64,000 nt of DNA. Source: Podarcis tiliguerta. Taxonomy: Eukaryota. Within the stretch, counting starts at the first letter, position 1; every line of letters begins with the position of its first letter. Shown here in pieces: positions 23,547 to 36,600 of the stretch. A model generated the notes under the pieces. The model did no database searches, was not told where the DNA came from, and was given only the letters and a program-made list of their open reading frames with translations. The translations under genes and the position numbers were made by a program. The stretch lies in NCBI GenBank assembly GCA_965153285.1, contig OZ229118.1, one strand, 5' to 3'.

Positions 23547-24713
23547 GAATGTGAGTTCCAGGGTCATTGGCAGCTGTACTCCATCCTATTTTCCTAGTAA
23601 AAGAGAAAAGAGTACAAGCTGTGATACTTAGGCTGGATTCCTGGGCACTTTTTTCCATCTGAGCAATTGCCTGATTGTGGTGCGGTGCAAATCCAGAGTG
23701 CATGTGAATTGCACTCGAAGATCCACCAGGATGGAGGCTGCTCCTTAAACCACCACTACTCCTGTTTCAGCAGTGTCTACGCAGGAACTCATTATTCATG
23801 ATTTCATCTTGCTACTTAAAATGCGTAATAGCTCAAAGGTTCCGTTGATGGATTTCTTCCAGCTCTTTGATGAGCCAAAGATAATTTCTCCATGTTCTCC
23901 CCTAACCAGTCCCCACTCCCTGTTTGTTGTTTAATGTTTACACTTGTGCTACATGTCTCTACTAGACTGGAAGATCCCCAGGGCAGGGATCTTATCATAT
24001 TTGTCTAAGTAGCATGCACACCCATGAAGTGATAGATAGTATTTGCAGCTGCAAAGCATGGTGGAAATTGCTACAGCGGAGTAAGCATATATGTTGGCTT
24101 TGTGTGTAATACCCCAGACTTTCGGTCCCTGTCAACTGAATACTCCATGGAAGCAAACAGAAATCTCTGCACAGCAATCTGGCACTCAGCAATCTTTTCC
24201 CACGTTATTTGATTGACATGGACAGAAAATTGCCTTTCCAAGCTCTTTGTACCTGCTTCATGTTTCAGAAATCAAGCCCAGGCATAGGAGTGAGGACATC
24301 TGACTATATAAAGTGCCTTCACTTTCCCAGTCTTTTACAGCTTCCTCTTCCCCAGAATACCTTCAACAAAATTATATCTTCTGCAGACCAACATATTTGA
24401 GTAACTTACTATTACTACTACTATACACAGCATTTTAATTTGCAAAGATTACTACTGCTGCTTTTGCCATCCAAGTACATGGCACTTTGCAGTGCAATGT
24501 GGGCACAAACAAAAACAGGTTCCTGCCCTTTTACAGTCTTTGTGTTGAACCCTACAAAGTACATAATTGCCACTTCTATTGTACAGGTGGGGAATTGTGA
24601 CAGCATGGCTTGCTGAAGGCCACACTACAAACCTCTGATGGAGTTGGGACTTGAGCCAAGGTCTTCCATGACTAAGACTAATTCCCTAATTCTCCCCTCT
24701 CTAAGCCTAAGGG

Positions 24714-24844
24714 CAGGGTAGCCAACACAACGCTGGACTACAAGCTCCAGACATTATTGGGCTACAACTCCCATAATCCTCTGACCATTGGTCATCCTGG
24801 CTGAGGCTGGCAACATCTGGGGGGCAGCACATTGGCTACACCTG
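24714..24844. mobile_element. hAT-type palindromic MITE (decayed)
   Basis: cagggtagccaa / ttggctacacctg termini; ctacaactcccataatcct core. Confidence 0.65.
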
Positions 24845-25613
24845 CTCATACCCCTTCTCCATGCATAAGAAGAGCCTGCTCCACTGGACCAAATATCCAA
24901 CTTTTCATGAGTAAGCAAACAGACCCTTCTCTGAAAATCCCACACACAGGGAACTGAAGGCAATGGTCCTTCCTAGCCGTTGCTCCCCAGTGAGTTGTAT
25001 TCAGTGGCATGCAGTAACTATAAGAACTTATGCAAATTTGGTGTTTCCTCTTCCGCTTCCCCTCCCCCCCCTTTCCCTCTTGTGCCTTCTCTTTCTAGAT
25101 TGTAAGCCTGAGGGCAGGGACTGTCCTGTTTCTTATTGATCTGTAAGCTGCTCTGGGAGCTTTTTTGGCTGAGGTGCAACCGTGTAAATAGATAATAAAG
25201 AAACATGAAGGCTCCACGCAGCTATCATAATTACGGTAATAGCCAGCTATTGTTAGACGAGTATCCTTATTCTCTTCAGTGGAGACAATGAACACACCCT
25301 TTTCATACCTTGAGCTGCTTCCTCCTTGGATGCAGTTGGTGGGAGATGGCAGTGTGCACAGTACTTCTGCAGACCAAAGCAAGAACCAAAGAATATATGA
25401 AGAAGATCTTTCCTTTCACGCAGATTGTCAAGGCCACTTCAACTTCATATTGACATTAGCTGATGCTGGAAGGACCTATTCTGGAGAGTTATTTAACTCT
25501 CCACTTCAGATTACCTGAGTCAAAGCATTTTTTTTAAAAGGCACAGCAACTGAGATGTTTCTGCAGTATGGCAGCCCCTCTCCCCTCCCTACATGTCTCT
25601 TGTGTATTTAGAG

Positions 25614-25751
25614 CAGGAGTGGGGAACTTTTGGTCCTCCAGATGCTGCTGAACTACAACTCCCATCAGCCCCAGCAAGCATGGCCAATGCCCATAGATGA
25701 TGGAAATTGTAGTTCAGCAATGTGTGTATCGCCAAAGGTTCCCCACACTTG
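25614..25751. mobile_element. hAT-type palindromic MITE
   Basis: caggagtggggaactttt / aaaggttccccacacttg; TSD atttagag / atttagaa. Confidence 0.8.
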
Positions 25752-25817
25752 ATTTAGAACAAAATGACAAGCACAAATTCAATCATGACAAGAAAAAAAC
25801 AGCCTATCGGTCTAGGA

Positions 25818-25990
25818 GGGGTGTATTGGGCATTAGGTGAGGGGTGGTACCTCCAGTGGGGGAACATCTCAAGCTTCTTCTTTGGCCTTACCCTGCACTC
25901 AGCTCTCACCTGCGGCTCCTAGAAGCTGTCAGCACGCGACAGCAGCCACATTCCGGGAAACAGATTTGACTGGCTGGCTAAACCAGGTGA
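25818..25990 (+). ncRNA. Candidate HDV-like self-cleaving ribozyme (retroelement 5' end; may be decayed)
   Basis: Manual pairing: P1 GGGGTGT 25818-24 / ACATTCC 25948-54; P2 TCACCTG 25906-12 / CAGGTGA 25984-90; P3 GGC 25914-16 / GCC 25945-47; L3 begins TCC and P1.1 GG is at 25955-56; J4/2 GCTAAA with candidate catalytic C25978. Confidence 0.45.
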
Positions 25991-26112
25991 TGGTAGCCAA
26001 TGGATCTCAAACCCTCAGTGACTTAGGGACTTTCCCTGCCTACAAAGACAGGCTGTAGCATATTGAGGGGATGAGAGCAATAGTGCATTCAACAGTGAAG
26101 AAGGCAGTTTCT

Positions 26113-26449
26113 CACTAGCATAGCTGGGGATGGGGTACACTGGGCGGCCACTTACTGCAGGGGCGGCACTTACCACGGGGGGCCTGCAGTGTGCCCAAGC
26201 AACGCGTCTCTCCTGGGAGTGAATCAGTGGCTTGGGTGCCTGCAGGCACCATGCCACCCAAAAAGGTGATGGAGGCTCACGTCCACCTGCTACCTTCCTC
26301 TTAGCAGCTGAGGGGGAGGCGGCGGGCAGACACAAGCTCCACACCACCTTTTTGGGTGGTGTGGCCTCCATGCAGGCTGTGCGCTGGCTCACCCCACTCC
26401 ATGGGCTTCTCATCCTGTCCCCACCCCCAGGCGGCTAGCTACGCTGCTG
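26113..26449. mobile_element. hAT-like MITE nested in the retroelement
   Basis: TIRs cactagcatagct / agctacgctgctg; flanks agtttct / agattct; GC-rich interior. Confidence 0.6.
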
Positions 26450-27801
26450 AGATTCTGCATGTGCTGTAGAGGGAAGTGAGGGCCAGATGCGGCTCATCAA
26501 CCTAGGAAGGTAGCCCACCTAGGAGAAGGAGAACTCTGATCCGAAACCTCCACTGCCTCGCAGGATATCTTCAGGAGAAGAAAGGGGGTAAGGAGTAAAC
26601 CCTACACAAATCCCCAAGACAGTCAGATGGTGCCTTGAAGGCCTTCTTATGGCACCTCCTGCAGGCAAGCTGGTGTCAAATGTATTGCTCTGCTTTCCTT
26701 TGGACCACATCAACAAGGCGGTTCTCTAGACAGCCCAAGACCTCCATGCATACTGCCCAGCCTTGTGCTCCAGGCAGGTCACTTCAGTGCTGCTAGTACA
26801 GCAGTATGACTTCAGCCCCGGAGGTATACTTCATTGTCTCTCAATACAGATAGATGCCTACAAAATAGTCTAGGAGCCCTGTCCCCACCCCCCCAAAAAA
26901 GTTAAAAACTGACATTGCTGCCCTACAGCTTGTTTGGTAAACCACTGTATTGGAGTTGGCTGAGCCTCTGCCAGGAGCAGTAGATGTTGAGAAGGGATCG
27001 CTTGCCTGGACTGTCCCTGGCCCAAAAGACTTGAAGATTGTGGTTTCCATCCAGATGATGCACATCTGTGCTAATCACTTTTAAATCACTTTCTCAATGC
27101 CAACAGGGTTGATTTTTCCAGCCCTGCATACAGCATATATTTCATGAATAATTGGCTTCTCAGGGTAAAGTTGGAGGAGTTTGAAGCAGCAAGAGAGAGA
27201 GATTGGCATTAATTGCTTTGTGGTGTTCGCTCATACACTTGTTCCCTCTAGTGCAGGTTACAACAGAGCCTCCACTTTCTTGCATTTGTTCTTTTTGCTG
27301 CCTCAGCTGCCTTTGGTAATGAACTACGAGATAGATGGCCTTTAAGAGCACATGCAACAATAAAAAATAAAAGCCCCACTGCCAACATAATCTAATAAGC
27401 TTTCTAATTTGCTCAGGTTGAAGAGCTTCACAGATGTTGGGAATTTAATAAAATCTATCTTGCTTCTGCATCTTTGCCAACAGCTGAATCCTTCTGGAGT
27501 TTTTACTGCTGCAGAAACAGGTCTAAAGCAGTACATGGAGAGTAAGGATCCCACTAATGGACTACTACTAAAGGTGCAGCTCATGAGAACTGGTCTGTAG
27601 AAAGAAGGGAGATCAGTCTCATAAGAGAAGAAAGTAACCAGCTGATTGTCAGGGCTTGTAAAGTGCATAGGTTTATTTCAAACCACATTGGTGAAAATGG
27701 GTCACTTGATGTCAGGTGATTGAGAGGTGTCAAACCAGGTCTGCAGGGGAGGTAAGACTCGAGCCTGCCAGCTGAATCCAGTTTCAAAATCCTGGTGTAG
27801 A

Positions 27802-27927
27802 TAAGGGTTTCCCAAACTCCAGCTGTTGGAGTACAACTCTCATCATCCCTAGCTAGCAGGACCAGCAATCAAGGATGGTGGGAATTGTAGTAAAAAAACA
27901 GCTGGAGACCCAAGTTTGGGAAAGCCT
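27802..27927. mobile_element. hAT-type MITE
   Basis: agggtttcccaaact / agtttgggaaagcct; same family as 13926-14061. Confidence 0.75.
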
Positions 27928-30129
27928 AGTATAGATGAAATCAAGCTGGAGCAGTGTGACTCAGTAAAAAGCAGCTTCCTATGCTACTCTCTACTTCCTT
28001 ACACCTGACTTTCTAACTTCCTTGCCTGCTTCCCCACCCCCCCACCCCTTACTATAGATTAGAAGGTGACCTCTACTACTGTGAGTACAACTCACAGAAT
28101 CTGCCTGACTCCCAGTTGGACTTGGTTAATAGATCTTACTAATGAAATAATCTTAAGCAGCCAAGCCGTGTGTCCCCAGTTGGATTCAGAAATACAGGAC
28201 CATCTGCTGAGGTCCTGAAACAGCATTTTCTGGCGTAAGCCAAGACTTCAAGACAACTGCAAAGCATTTAAAAGCCAGCAGTAAAACAAGATCGAAAAGG
28301 AAGGCTGCATGTGTCAAAAAAGAAGAGCAACTAAGAGTGGGCTAGAGAGGGGAAGAAGGAGGTGTTTAAGATCTAAACTAGACACAAAAGGGCTGTGGCA
28401 AAACCAGGCAGTTACCCTGCCCTTCCTGTGCACATCTTATTTGGGTTAGGAGGAGGAGGAGTGTTTGCTGCGATGGGCAGCTCTGTGGTGATTCAATTGC
28501 AAGGGCTGGTGGATCCTCTTCCATTTTTGTTGCTGCTGTTTTGGCAAAAGGTTCTTGTTTACTACTTCTTCTTTTTATTTTATTTTACTTCTGGGATGGG
28601 AATTCACATAGTGCTGTGCACGCCATTTAATAGTGAATCCTCTTGCCCCTGACTAGATCAAGAATGAATTGATAGATTAAGCTGTCAAATTTTTTTTGGT
28701 CCCTTAGTGCCTGAAGACTGAAAAGGAAGTTTTCAGCACACTTGGACGAGATGACCCTTTGAGTCCCTTACGACTCTGCAATTCTACTATTCTAAGTGCA
28801 TTTCCCTCTTTTGGATTTCCTGCTCGGAGACCAGTTTTTGAGAGCCCTTTCCCAAGGCTAACCCTTGTTCTGGCTGCTTACGTAATCCATGGCGTATGGA
28901 CACTGCAGTTGAGCATAGTGGTTGCTGGTATCCCACCCTCTCCGTTAATGCCTGTATTCATTAGCAAGAGAGCTAGCTTTCAGTGGTAATTCGGGCAATA
29001 TTCTCAGCAACTTGTCACTCTACGTAAGGCTGGAGGGCTTCTTAAACCTTTCAGCCGCCGCCGTCTTGGCGAGTCACAATGACCCTTTTCTGCAAAGCTT
29101 CAAACACCTGCATCTTATGAAAGAATACATTGTGTCCTCAAGTGGGGAGACAGCCCATGTAGTGTCTGGTGCCTCCCCAGCAAAGGAGGGGAGAGGGTGT
29201 CTTCCCATTGATTCATCCCACTCCCCCACCATTGCATAGGGGCCTTGCCATTTCCGTTCATCTGCAACCAGCTCCGGGCTTTTCTCTGGATTTATTAACG
29301 GGATATGCATGATGTGCCCGTGTCTTTAAAGGTTGCTTTAAGTGTTGCTCTGAGAAAATTCCCGAGAATGAAATGGTTCATTTTTCTCCCATTGTTGCTA
29401 TAAAACAAAACGGGTCATGAGTTCAGAACGTTGTAGCAGGCAAACGCTAAACCTGACATCTGCTAAAAAAAAAAAATACACAATGATAGCCGGAAAATAA
29501 CATGGATTCTTTTATATACTTTTGGAAGCGAACCTTTGTTACGCCTTTCACTTTGATGGTTTCTTTCCTTCGTGCTTATTCAGACACAATGTGATTCTAA
29601 ATTGCATTCTGCGTAAGAAGGGCTGTATTTATTTAGTCTAATGTTTAATGAAAAAATTATTTCATAGGCTACGTGCACAGATTTTATTTTAGAATAAGAG
29701 TAGCCTGAGCACTCCCCCCCCCCATGTAGTCAACATGCTCTAGATCTATTGTATATTTTTTTTGTCTCTGAAAAGAGCTTCTTGAGAAACTGGTTTCACT
29801 GCAAAAACAAAAGTGCGTTTCAGATGGATTCTGTATCGCCCTGCAGTGCATCCATTTGAAAACAGATGTAGGCAGTCCAAGCTACAGATCCACACCTGCT
29901 CAATGATGTTGTGGGTAGGCCTATACCAAGATCCCAATCACCTCTTTCCTTCATGCAACTGGGGCATATGAAGAGAGGAAAAGACACGGCTAGCCTAATC
30001 AAGCGTTTTCAAATGAATATCAGGTAACCACATCCACCCTTGTGGATGACAGGATCTAGACTCAATCCAGATTAAAAGCAGGATGTTTGTGGACAAGCAA
30101 GAATGATTCTAGATTGAGAAAATCTACTG

Positions 30130-30177
30130 CTGCCCTGAGCCCGGTCTTGGCTGGGGAGGGCGAGGTATAAATAAAAA

Positions 30178-30228
<51 letters not shown>
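30130..30228 (+). mobile_element. L2-type LINE extreme 3' end with (ATT)n microsatellite tail
   Basis: tgccctgagcc....gggagggcgaggtataaataaa followed by an ATT repeat at 30178-30228. Confidence 0.7.
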
Positions 30229-30279
30229 TAAAATAGGTGTTACACAGCCATAGAGCAAGATAAGTGCCATATCTCTGTT

Positions 30280-30440
30280 AGGGCATTGGCTTTGTATGCA
30301 GAAGGTCCCTGATCCTCAGCATATCCAAGTGTAGAGCCAGGATTGTCCCCTGCCTGAAACTCTGGAGTCCCACTGCCCCTCAGCAGAGACAGTCCTGAAC
30401 TAAATGCCAATGGCATTAATCAGTATCAGGTAGCTTTCTG
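30280..30440 (+). mobile_element. tRNA(Ala)-like SINE, decayed (family of 32815-32995 and 1-45)
   Basis: gctttgtatgcagaaggtccc...cctgcctgaaactctggag...ctgaactaaatg. Confidence 0.55.
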
Positions 30441-30657
30441 CTTCTTTATCTTACCAAAATAAGTCAGCTTTACTGTAGTTATCTGCCTCTGCAATTTTAC
30501 TGACTTTGGGATTTCAGAGCTATTTCTGACAAAATGGATCATGCATTTTGAGACAAGAGATGTACACTTATGACTACTTTTGGGAGGAGGGGGGAGAGAT
30601 GCAGTATCTGGGCACACTGTTGAAGTTTCAACTTACCCATATGTTAGCTATGTAAAA

Positions 30658-30794
30658 CAGACCTGAGGAACCTGTAGACCTCCAGATGTTCTTGGACTCA
30701 ATTCCCATCAGCCTTGGCCAATATAGCCAATTATCAGGGATGATGAGAGTTGTAGTCCAAGAACATGTCATGGGCCACAGGTTCCCATATCCCT
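30658..30794. mobile_element. hAT-type palindromic MITE
   Basis: ggaacctgtagacctccagatgttcttggact / agtccaagaacatg...cacaggttccc. Confidence 0.7.
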
Positions 30795-32814
30795 GTTCTA
30801 AACTAAATTCACATTCCCTTTCCTATTAGAATGAATGCAGCTTAGTATATAGGTATATGGCCATATTGCTTCTCACCCCCAAAGCTTCAGAGCTTTACCT
30901 TCCACATTGTTGGTCTTAAGGCTGTATGTACATAGTTTGCATGGAGAGGCACCATTTTAGCTGCACCATCTTCCGGAGAATGTTTATAAATGTGTCTTTT
31001 AAAAATGCCCTCCCTTTAATTCCAAAACAGAATGTAAAGTTTTGTATTTGATAGGGATCTGACAGATGACAGCAGCTATATCAGGAGTTGTGGTTGTGAA
31101 GTGATTTAAGGTAGTCATTATTCCTTTTCTACCTAGTCTATATTTATGTCCAGTGCCTAATTAGTAATCTAGACAAATGGTGAAGTGATTCAACGTCTTA
31201 TCTTCAGTAATTACATAAGAGAAGATGGAGTTCTCCTATACAATCTCCATGGGTTCCATATCTGTTAATGGTTTGATGGAATAATAGCCCATGCATGAGT
31301 CAGAGGACTGTCCCATTTGACACACCCCTTTCTACACCTGCTGCCCTTGTTGGAACAGAGGGAGCTGTCTACATCCAGCGCTAGCTTTTTCTGTTTGTCT
31401 AGCTTGACATCATATTCTTCCCAGAAGTGTTATCGCAATACTATGCATGCAATTGCTTCATTAACACTTCACCTGTTTGTCAGCCTAGGGCAGATCCACA
31501 CTGTACATTTAAAGCACATTCAACACACATTTAAAGCACATGACTTCCCCCAAAGAGAATTCTGGGCACTGTAGTCTCATCCTCATGGAGCTACAGTTCC
31601 CAGCATTCTTAACAAACTAAGCTTGTGGAAGTGTTGTGCGTATTGGGGACTGAATAACATCAGTGATTCATTCACCTGCCCATCATATGTCATCATATGT
31701 ATGCAGTGCCCGTCTGTTTTCTACAATGGTCAAACAGACCAGATGCAAAAAAATTAATGCAATGTGATCTGGCACCAGAAACAGCAATATTCATAAACCA
31801 GTAGGAGAACATTTTGATCTAGTAGGACACTGCTACTGATCTTAAGGTGGTTATACCTGAATAAAGGGATTTTGGATTTTGCTATGACAGACTAATATCT
31901 GGAAATCAGGTAAGTGAGTTGGCAATGCATGTGATGATAAAGAGAGATTATCTGGAATGCTCAGATTAGTTTGGGAAACAGATGGTTTGCTATCTTGAGC
32001 CTGTCACTATGGGTGTTTCCAGACTGTCACTAGTTCCAGGTGACAGAACTAATTACATACCAGCCAATTTCAGGATGCGCAGTTAAAGCCGATTTGGAAT
32101 TCTTGCACAAGGAACCTGTTTCCCCCAAAGAGCAGACTTTTGCGATAAGGAAAGTGATGGGGGAAATTCAGTGGAAGTATATGTGTTATTTAGATTTGTT
32201 AAATCTAGGCAACAATTATTATATATGTGCCCACTGATACACGAAATTTTGTTCAGTTGTAATGGAAAATACATTGTGCTATTCAGCAGGCTTAATTATC
32301 TTAATTTATCTTAAAGAACACTTGGAGTTGTATTTTTATGTGGATGTTACAGTGTTGACTGTTGTAGATTTTCACTGAGGATCTTCAGCTTTCACAGTAT
32401 GGGGGGGGGGGTTGTTTAAGCTATCCTTTAAGCTCTATAAATGTATCCTAAAATGCCTAAATGAACCAGCTTTCTCAAGTGACTTTAGAGTTCATCCTGC
32501 TTACTGGTGTTTCTTAGGTGATGACAGGGCAAGTATCAGATCTGAGAGTGCCAAGCTAGAATTACCCAGGAGGCTAACTGTTTAAAGTATCAAATCAGTT
32601 TGTATCCTGACATTAACGTTACGGTTAGGCTGTTTGGCAACCCTGGGCATTTCTGTCTTATGTGCAATGTATGCATGGATGGTGATGAGGTCATAATCAA
32701 TGTGATTGGTGCTTGACAGGGTATGAGAATACATGCCTGTGCCCAGAAGGCAAGTTACTTATAATCTGTGATTATGTGCAGGAGAACTATAGAGGAAAGA
32801 AAGGGAAAGGTGAG

Positions 32815-32995
32815 CAGATGAGCAACTGTTTTGCACCCAGAAGGTCCCCAGGTTCACTCCCTGGCATCTCCAGGTAGGACAGTCAAAAGACTCCAGTCTG
32901 AAAACCTGAAAAGCTACTAGCAGTCAGTGGAGACAAACACGGCTGAGCTAGGTGGACCAATGGCTCTGCATAAGGCAGCTTCGTAAATTTCTATG
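32815..32995 (+). mobile_element. tRNA(Ala)-like SINE with CR1-like tail
   Basis: gagca..tgttttgcacccagaaggtcccca.ggttcactccctggcatctcca resembles the tRNA-Ala 3' half; body ctgaaaacctgaaaagctactagcagtcagt...gagctaggtggaccaatgg. Confidence 0.65.
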
Positions 32996-33079
32996 AAGTG
33001 GAGGCAGAGGCAAATAGGAGAAGAATATGTGCGATTTCAATAGGGCATGAAAACAAAGGTGACCTGCAGGTTAATGTGT

Positions 33080-33600
33080 AACGTATTTATTTATTTAGGC
33101 TATTTTAAGGCTGTTGTAGCCTTCATGTCAGTGCATCCCAGGGTGGGAATGCAAGACACAAAAACACAAAGACAACAAAACGCACAATCATAATATGTAA
33201 AGCCCTCTTTGAACAACAGGATCAGCAAAACCACAACTGAGTGAATCACGTTTATCAAGTGACTGTTATAGAGTTCATCAGCTTAAACCGCAAAACAGGC
33301 TACCTGCCACTAACTAACTGACAACTCTGAAACACTGAAAATGCCTGGGCAAACAAGTATGTCTTCCCTTGGTGCCAAAGTGTCTGGTCAATGCCAAGTG
33401 TACTTCTAAGGGAAGGGCATTCCTCAAACAGGATGGCACTGCAGAGAAGGATCTTTTCTGCAGCACTACCTAATGCCCACGAATAGTGGTGTGCAGAGAA
33501 TAGCCTCCTCCGAGTACTTGTCATAGGCAGCATAGTTTAGGGGAAAGCACTTCTTCAGGTTTTGGGGTCCCAAGCTGTTTGTCAGCAATATCAGTGTTCG
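33080..33600 (-). mobile_element. L2 LINE 3' fragment (decayed)
   Basis: tatttatttattt tail at the left; minus-strand KTYLFAQAF (L2 terminal LKT.LF..AF motif). Confidence 0.6.
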
Positions 33601-36600
33601 GCCTGGAAAGTGCAAGTTTGATCTTTAAAGGGAGACATTGTGCTTTACCCCTGAAAAAGAGAGAAAAGCCTTTGGGTTCCTGCTTTCCTAGAAATGCCAC
33701 AGTTTTTACTCCTCATCCCTAATGTGGGAAAACTCTTTGCAGTTACTCTGTGGGAAGGAGAAATGTATTCTACCTTTGTCAGGTCTGCTTTCTGGATATC
33801 TGTTTTCAAATGTTCCAGGGTTCAGTTTCTCACATTGAAAACAATTGTGAGGGCTCAGCCCTGGCACAAACCAAACCCTAGAAGGCTAGGGAATGGCTTA
33901 TAGACCTGGCATCATAGCCAAAGATTAAACTAGATGAATTATCTGGTCCATTCTGTGATCCTACAAGTGAATGCAGTGTTGCAGAAGAAGCACATTCATG
34001 CATTCACTTGGCCTCTGCTATGCCATGAGACGTCTGACAACCATCCCACACAGGCAAGTTCTGCCAGGGTCACACAATAAATTAAACAGCTTTGCAAACA
34101 GCTACAACCCCACAGCCTGGAAAGCTGTTGTCTTTGTGGTTAGCAAGGTTCCTGCTGGTTGTGTAACCATACAGACAGAGTTACTAGTTCAAAGGGCAAT
34201 AAATTTTCTCTTTTATAAAGGATCACCTGTATTTCATCTGCCTACATGGACTTGAAAGAGAGGCAAAGCTGGGAGCCTGGGGGAAAGTAATCCAACATTA
34301 CACAAAGATACGTAGTCATCAGAAATAGGTCCTTCATAAAAGGAATATTCACAGGGCTTTTATGTCAGAAGGTTGTAACCAATTTGCATATTCTAATTTC
34401 ACACTGGAGTCACACAATTCCTACAATTTGTATGAAACCGGTGGTAGAATTATGCCCCGTGCCTTCTGGTGCCTTCTGAAGCTCACAATGCCTTATTAAC
34501 AATACTTATTAACAGTCAGCAATGAAAATGGGTCCACACATAAATGTGCACATTGCCAATGAAAGACATAGTGTGCAGTATTCCTTAGGTAAAAGAATAC
34601 CTTGTCTTAAGTCCTCTGGACTTTAGTCACCCTGGGAAACTTGCTGAAAGGGTGGGGTGTAAATAATCATTTATGATTGAATGAACAAGTGTATGATTGA
34701 ATAACTTCAAGGAGCACTGAAAGAGCTTCTCTTTATAGAGTACCATTTCCACACAAGAGTTCTCACCTTTGCCTTCTCCTTGTGCCCTGTTCAGAATTTG
34801 ACATGCATTCTTAGCTCTGAATGCTTTGAACTTTTTCAAGGTCGAGTGCAGACACAATACTGACTTGCTGGTGGTGGTTCATGAATCAGGAGCCAGTTTG
34901 GGGTGACATGCACCCCTCCTGCAATCTCTCCTTCCCTTTCCAGCATCACCTCCCTCCCTCTCTTTTCATGCCTGCCTCATGTATGTGTTTTGGCTGAGTA
35001 TGGGGAGGTGTAGGGATGTCCCAGGGGAGAGTGGGTGGGACAGTTGGACGGCAAATTGGCATCTGACCACTTCACAGGTCAGAGCTGAGAATTGGTGACT
35101 GATGATGACGACACTAGATTGGATTTGGTTTTTGCCTCATTGTGTCAGACTGCAGTGTTGTAGTGCGGTCTTTTCTACAGGAATCTGGGGGATGCTGGAA
35201 TTGGTAATTGTTGAACATGAGTAATGGGGTTTGTAGGTTTGTAGGTGTTTAATGTGAGTGAATGCATGGAGGTGTGGCTTACTGAGGCATGGGTTTGTTA
35301 GCAGTTGTGGGATTTGTGGGATTATTGATTGAGCAGAATCTGGTTTTATGGATTTGGACACTTTGGGTGCAGTATTTCATTTGAGTTGTTTTATATACTA
35401 TATTATTTAATTTTGTTTAATTTACTTTGCAAATCGCTTTGTGATATCCTGACGAAAGGCAGTATATATGAAAGGGATATTTATTGATTATTATATATTC
35501 CATAAAACACATAAACCACTTGGTTGTTTAAGAAAATCTCAAAGAAGTTTACAAAAATATATAATAAATAAAAGAAAAGCCAACAACAATAATTAAAAGT
35601 TAAAACAACAATAGACTAAAAACAGATTAAAACTCACACAGCTTTCTAAACATGTGGGTAGACTTGTCTAAACAAAAATGTTTTTAGCAAATACCAAAAA
35701 CCACACCCTGAAGGTGGCTGCCTGTTAGTAGTAGGTGGTGGGTTCCAAAATGTAGTTGATGCTACACTAAAATATATAATACATGCACCGACAACATTAT
35801 TTTTCAATGCATGTTAAAAACATATCTATTCACACAGGCTTTCCCCGACAAGATATGCTACTGCCCAAAATGCATATTGTATTGTTGTGGCTCTTTGTGC
35901 GAGTTTTATTTAGAAGATATGCACTCAAATGAAGAAAGAGAAGCAAGAGCTTCGGGCCATTGAGTAATGGATGGTAGGTGTTTTATCTTTCCATTCTTGA
36001 AGTATAAGCCTCTTTGCAACCATAAGAGTGATGCTTTTAAGTAAATAAAATAAAGGAGACACACGGCCATGTGACCGCTCCTTTCCACATACTTCATGGC
36101 ACATCCAGCCACATGAGGAACTGATTGTCAGTGGCCTCTGGCAATGGGGTGAGCTGTGAATGTGCTATCACACACCACTTCCTTGCATTTTTGGGAAATG
36201 ACTGGAACATGTTGAAGCACCTGCCAGTCTCGAGGATGGAGGCTTCAGATAACCAGCTATGCAGCACATAAACAGTCCTGGCTGCCCTTACTCCCCAGCT
36301 TCTAATCAAAAGCCACCAGAATAACTACAACATTTCAACAGTGAGCTCTGCATGCACCTCCGAGTGAACTCCTGAGCATCCAAGAGCCATGACTGGAGGG
36401 ATGATAGGAATGAGAAACACGGCATGTTGAACATGGCAAAGCTTTCTATTTGCTTTTTGGTTCCTGAGCTTTAAACCCTGAAAGAAAGATAGGAATGTTT
36501 GCTTTCTTCATACCTATGAGCGCTCAACATTTTATAATAAATGGAGATTATCTGACATTAGACTGTCAGCATCATCATAAGGCTTGGGAGATGGGATTTG

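Larger units (their letters stand above)
25818..26867 (+). mobile_element. Non-autonomous non-LTR retroelement (RTE- or Vingi/Ingi-type 5' UTR-derived) with a 5' HDV-like ribozyme fold
   Basis: GC-rich block bounded by direct repeats gtctagga (25810-25817 / 26868-26875); no long ORF; contains ctaggagaagga.aactctgat, a motif recalled from RTE/Vingi 5' regions; ends in ..gatgcctacaaa. Confidence 0.65.
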
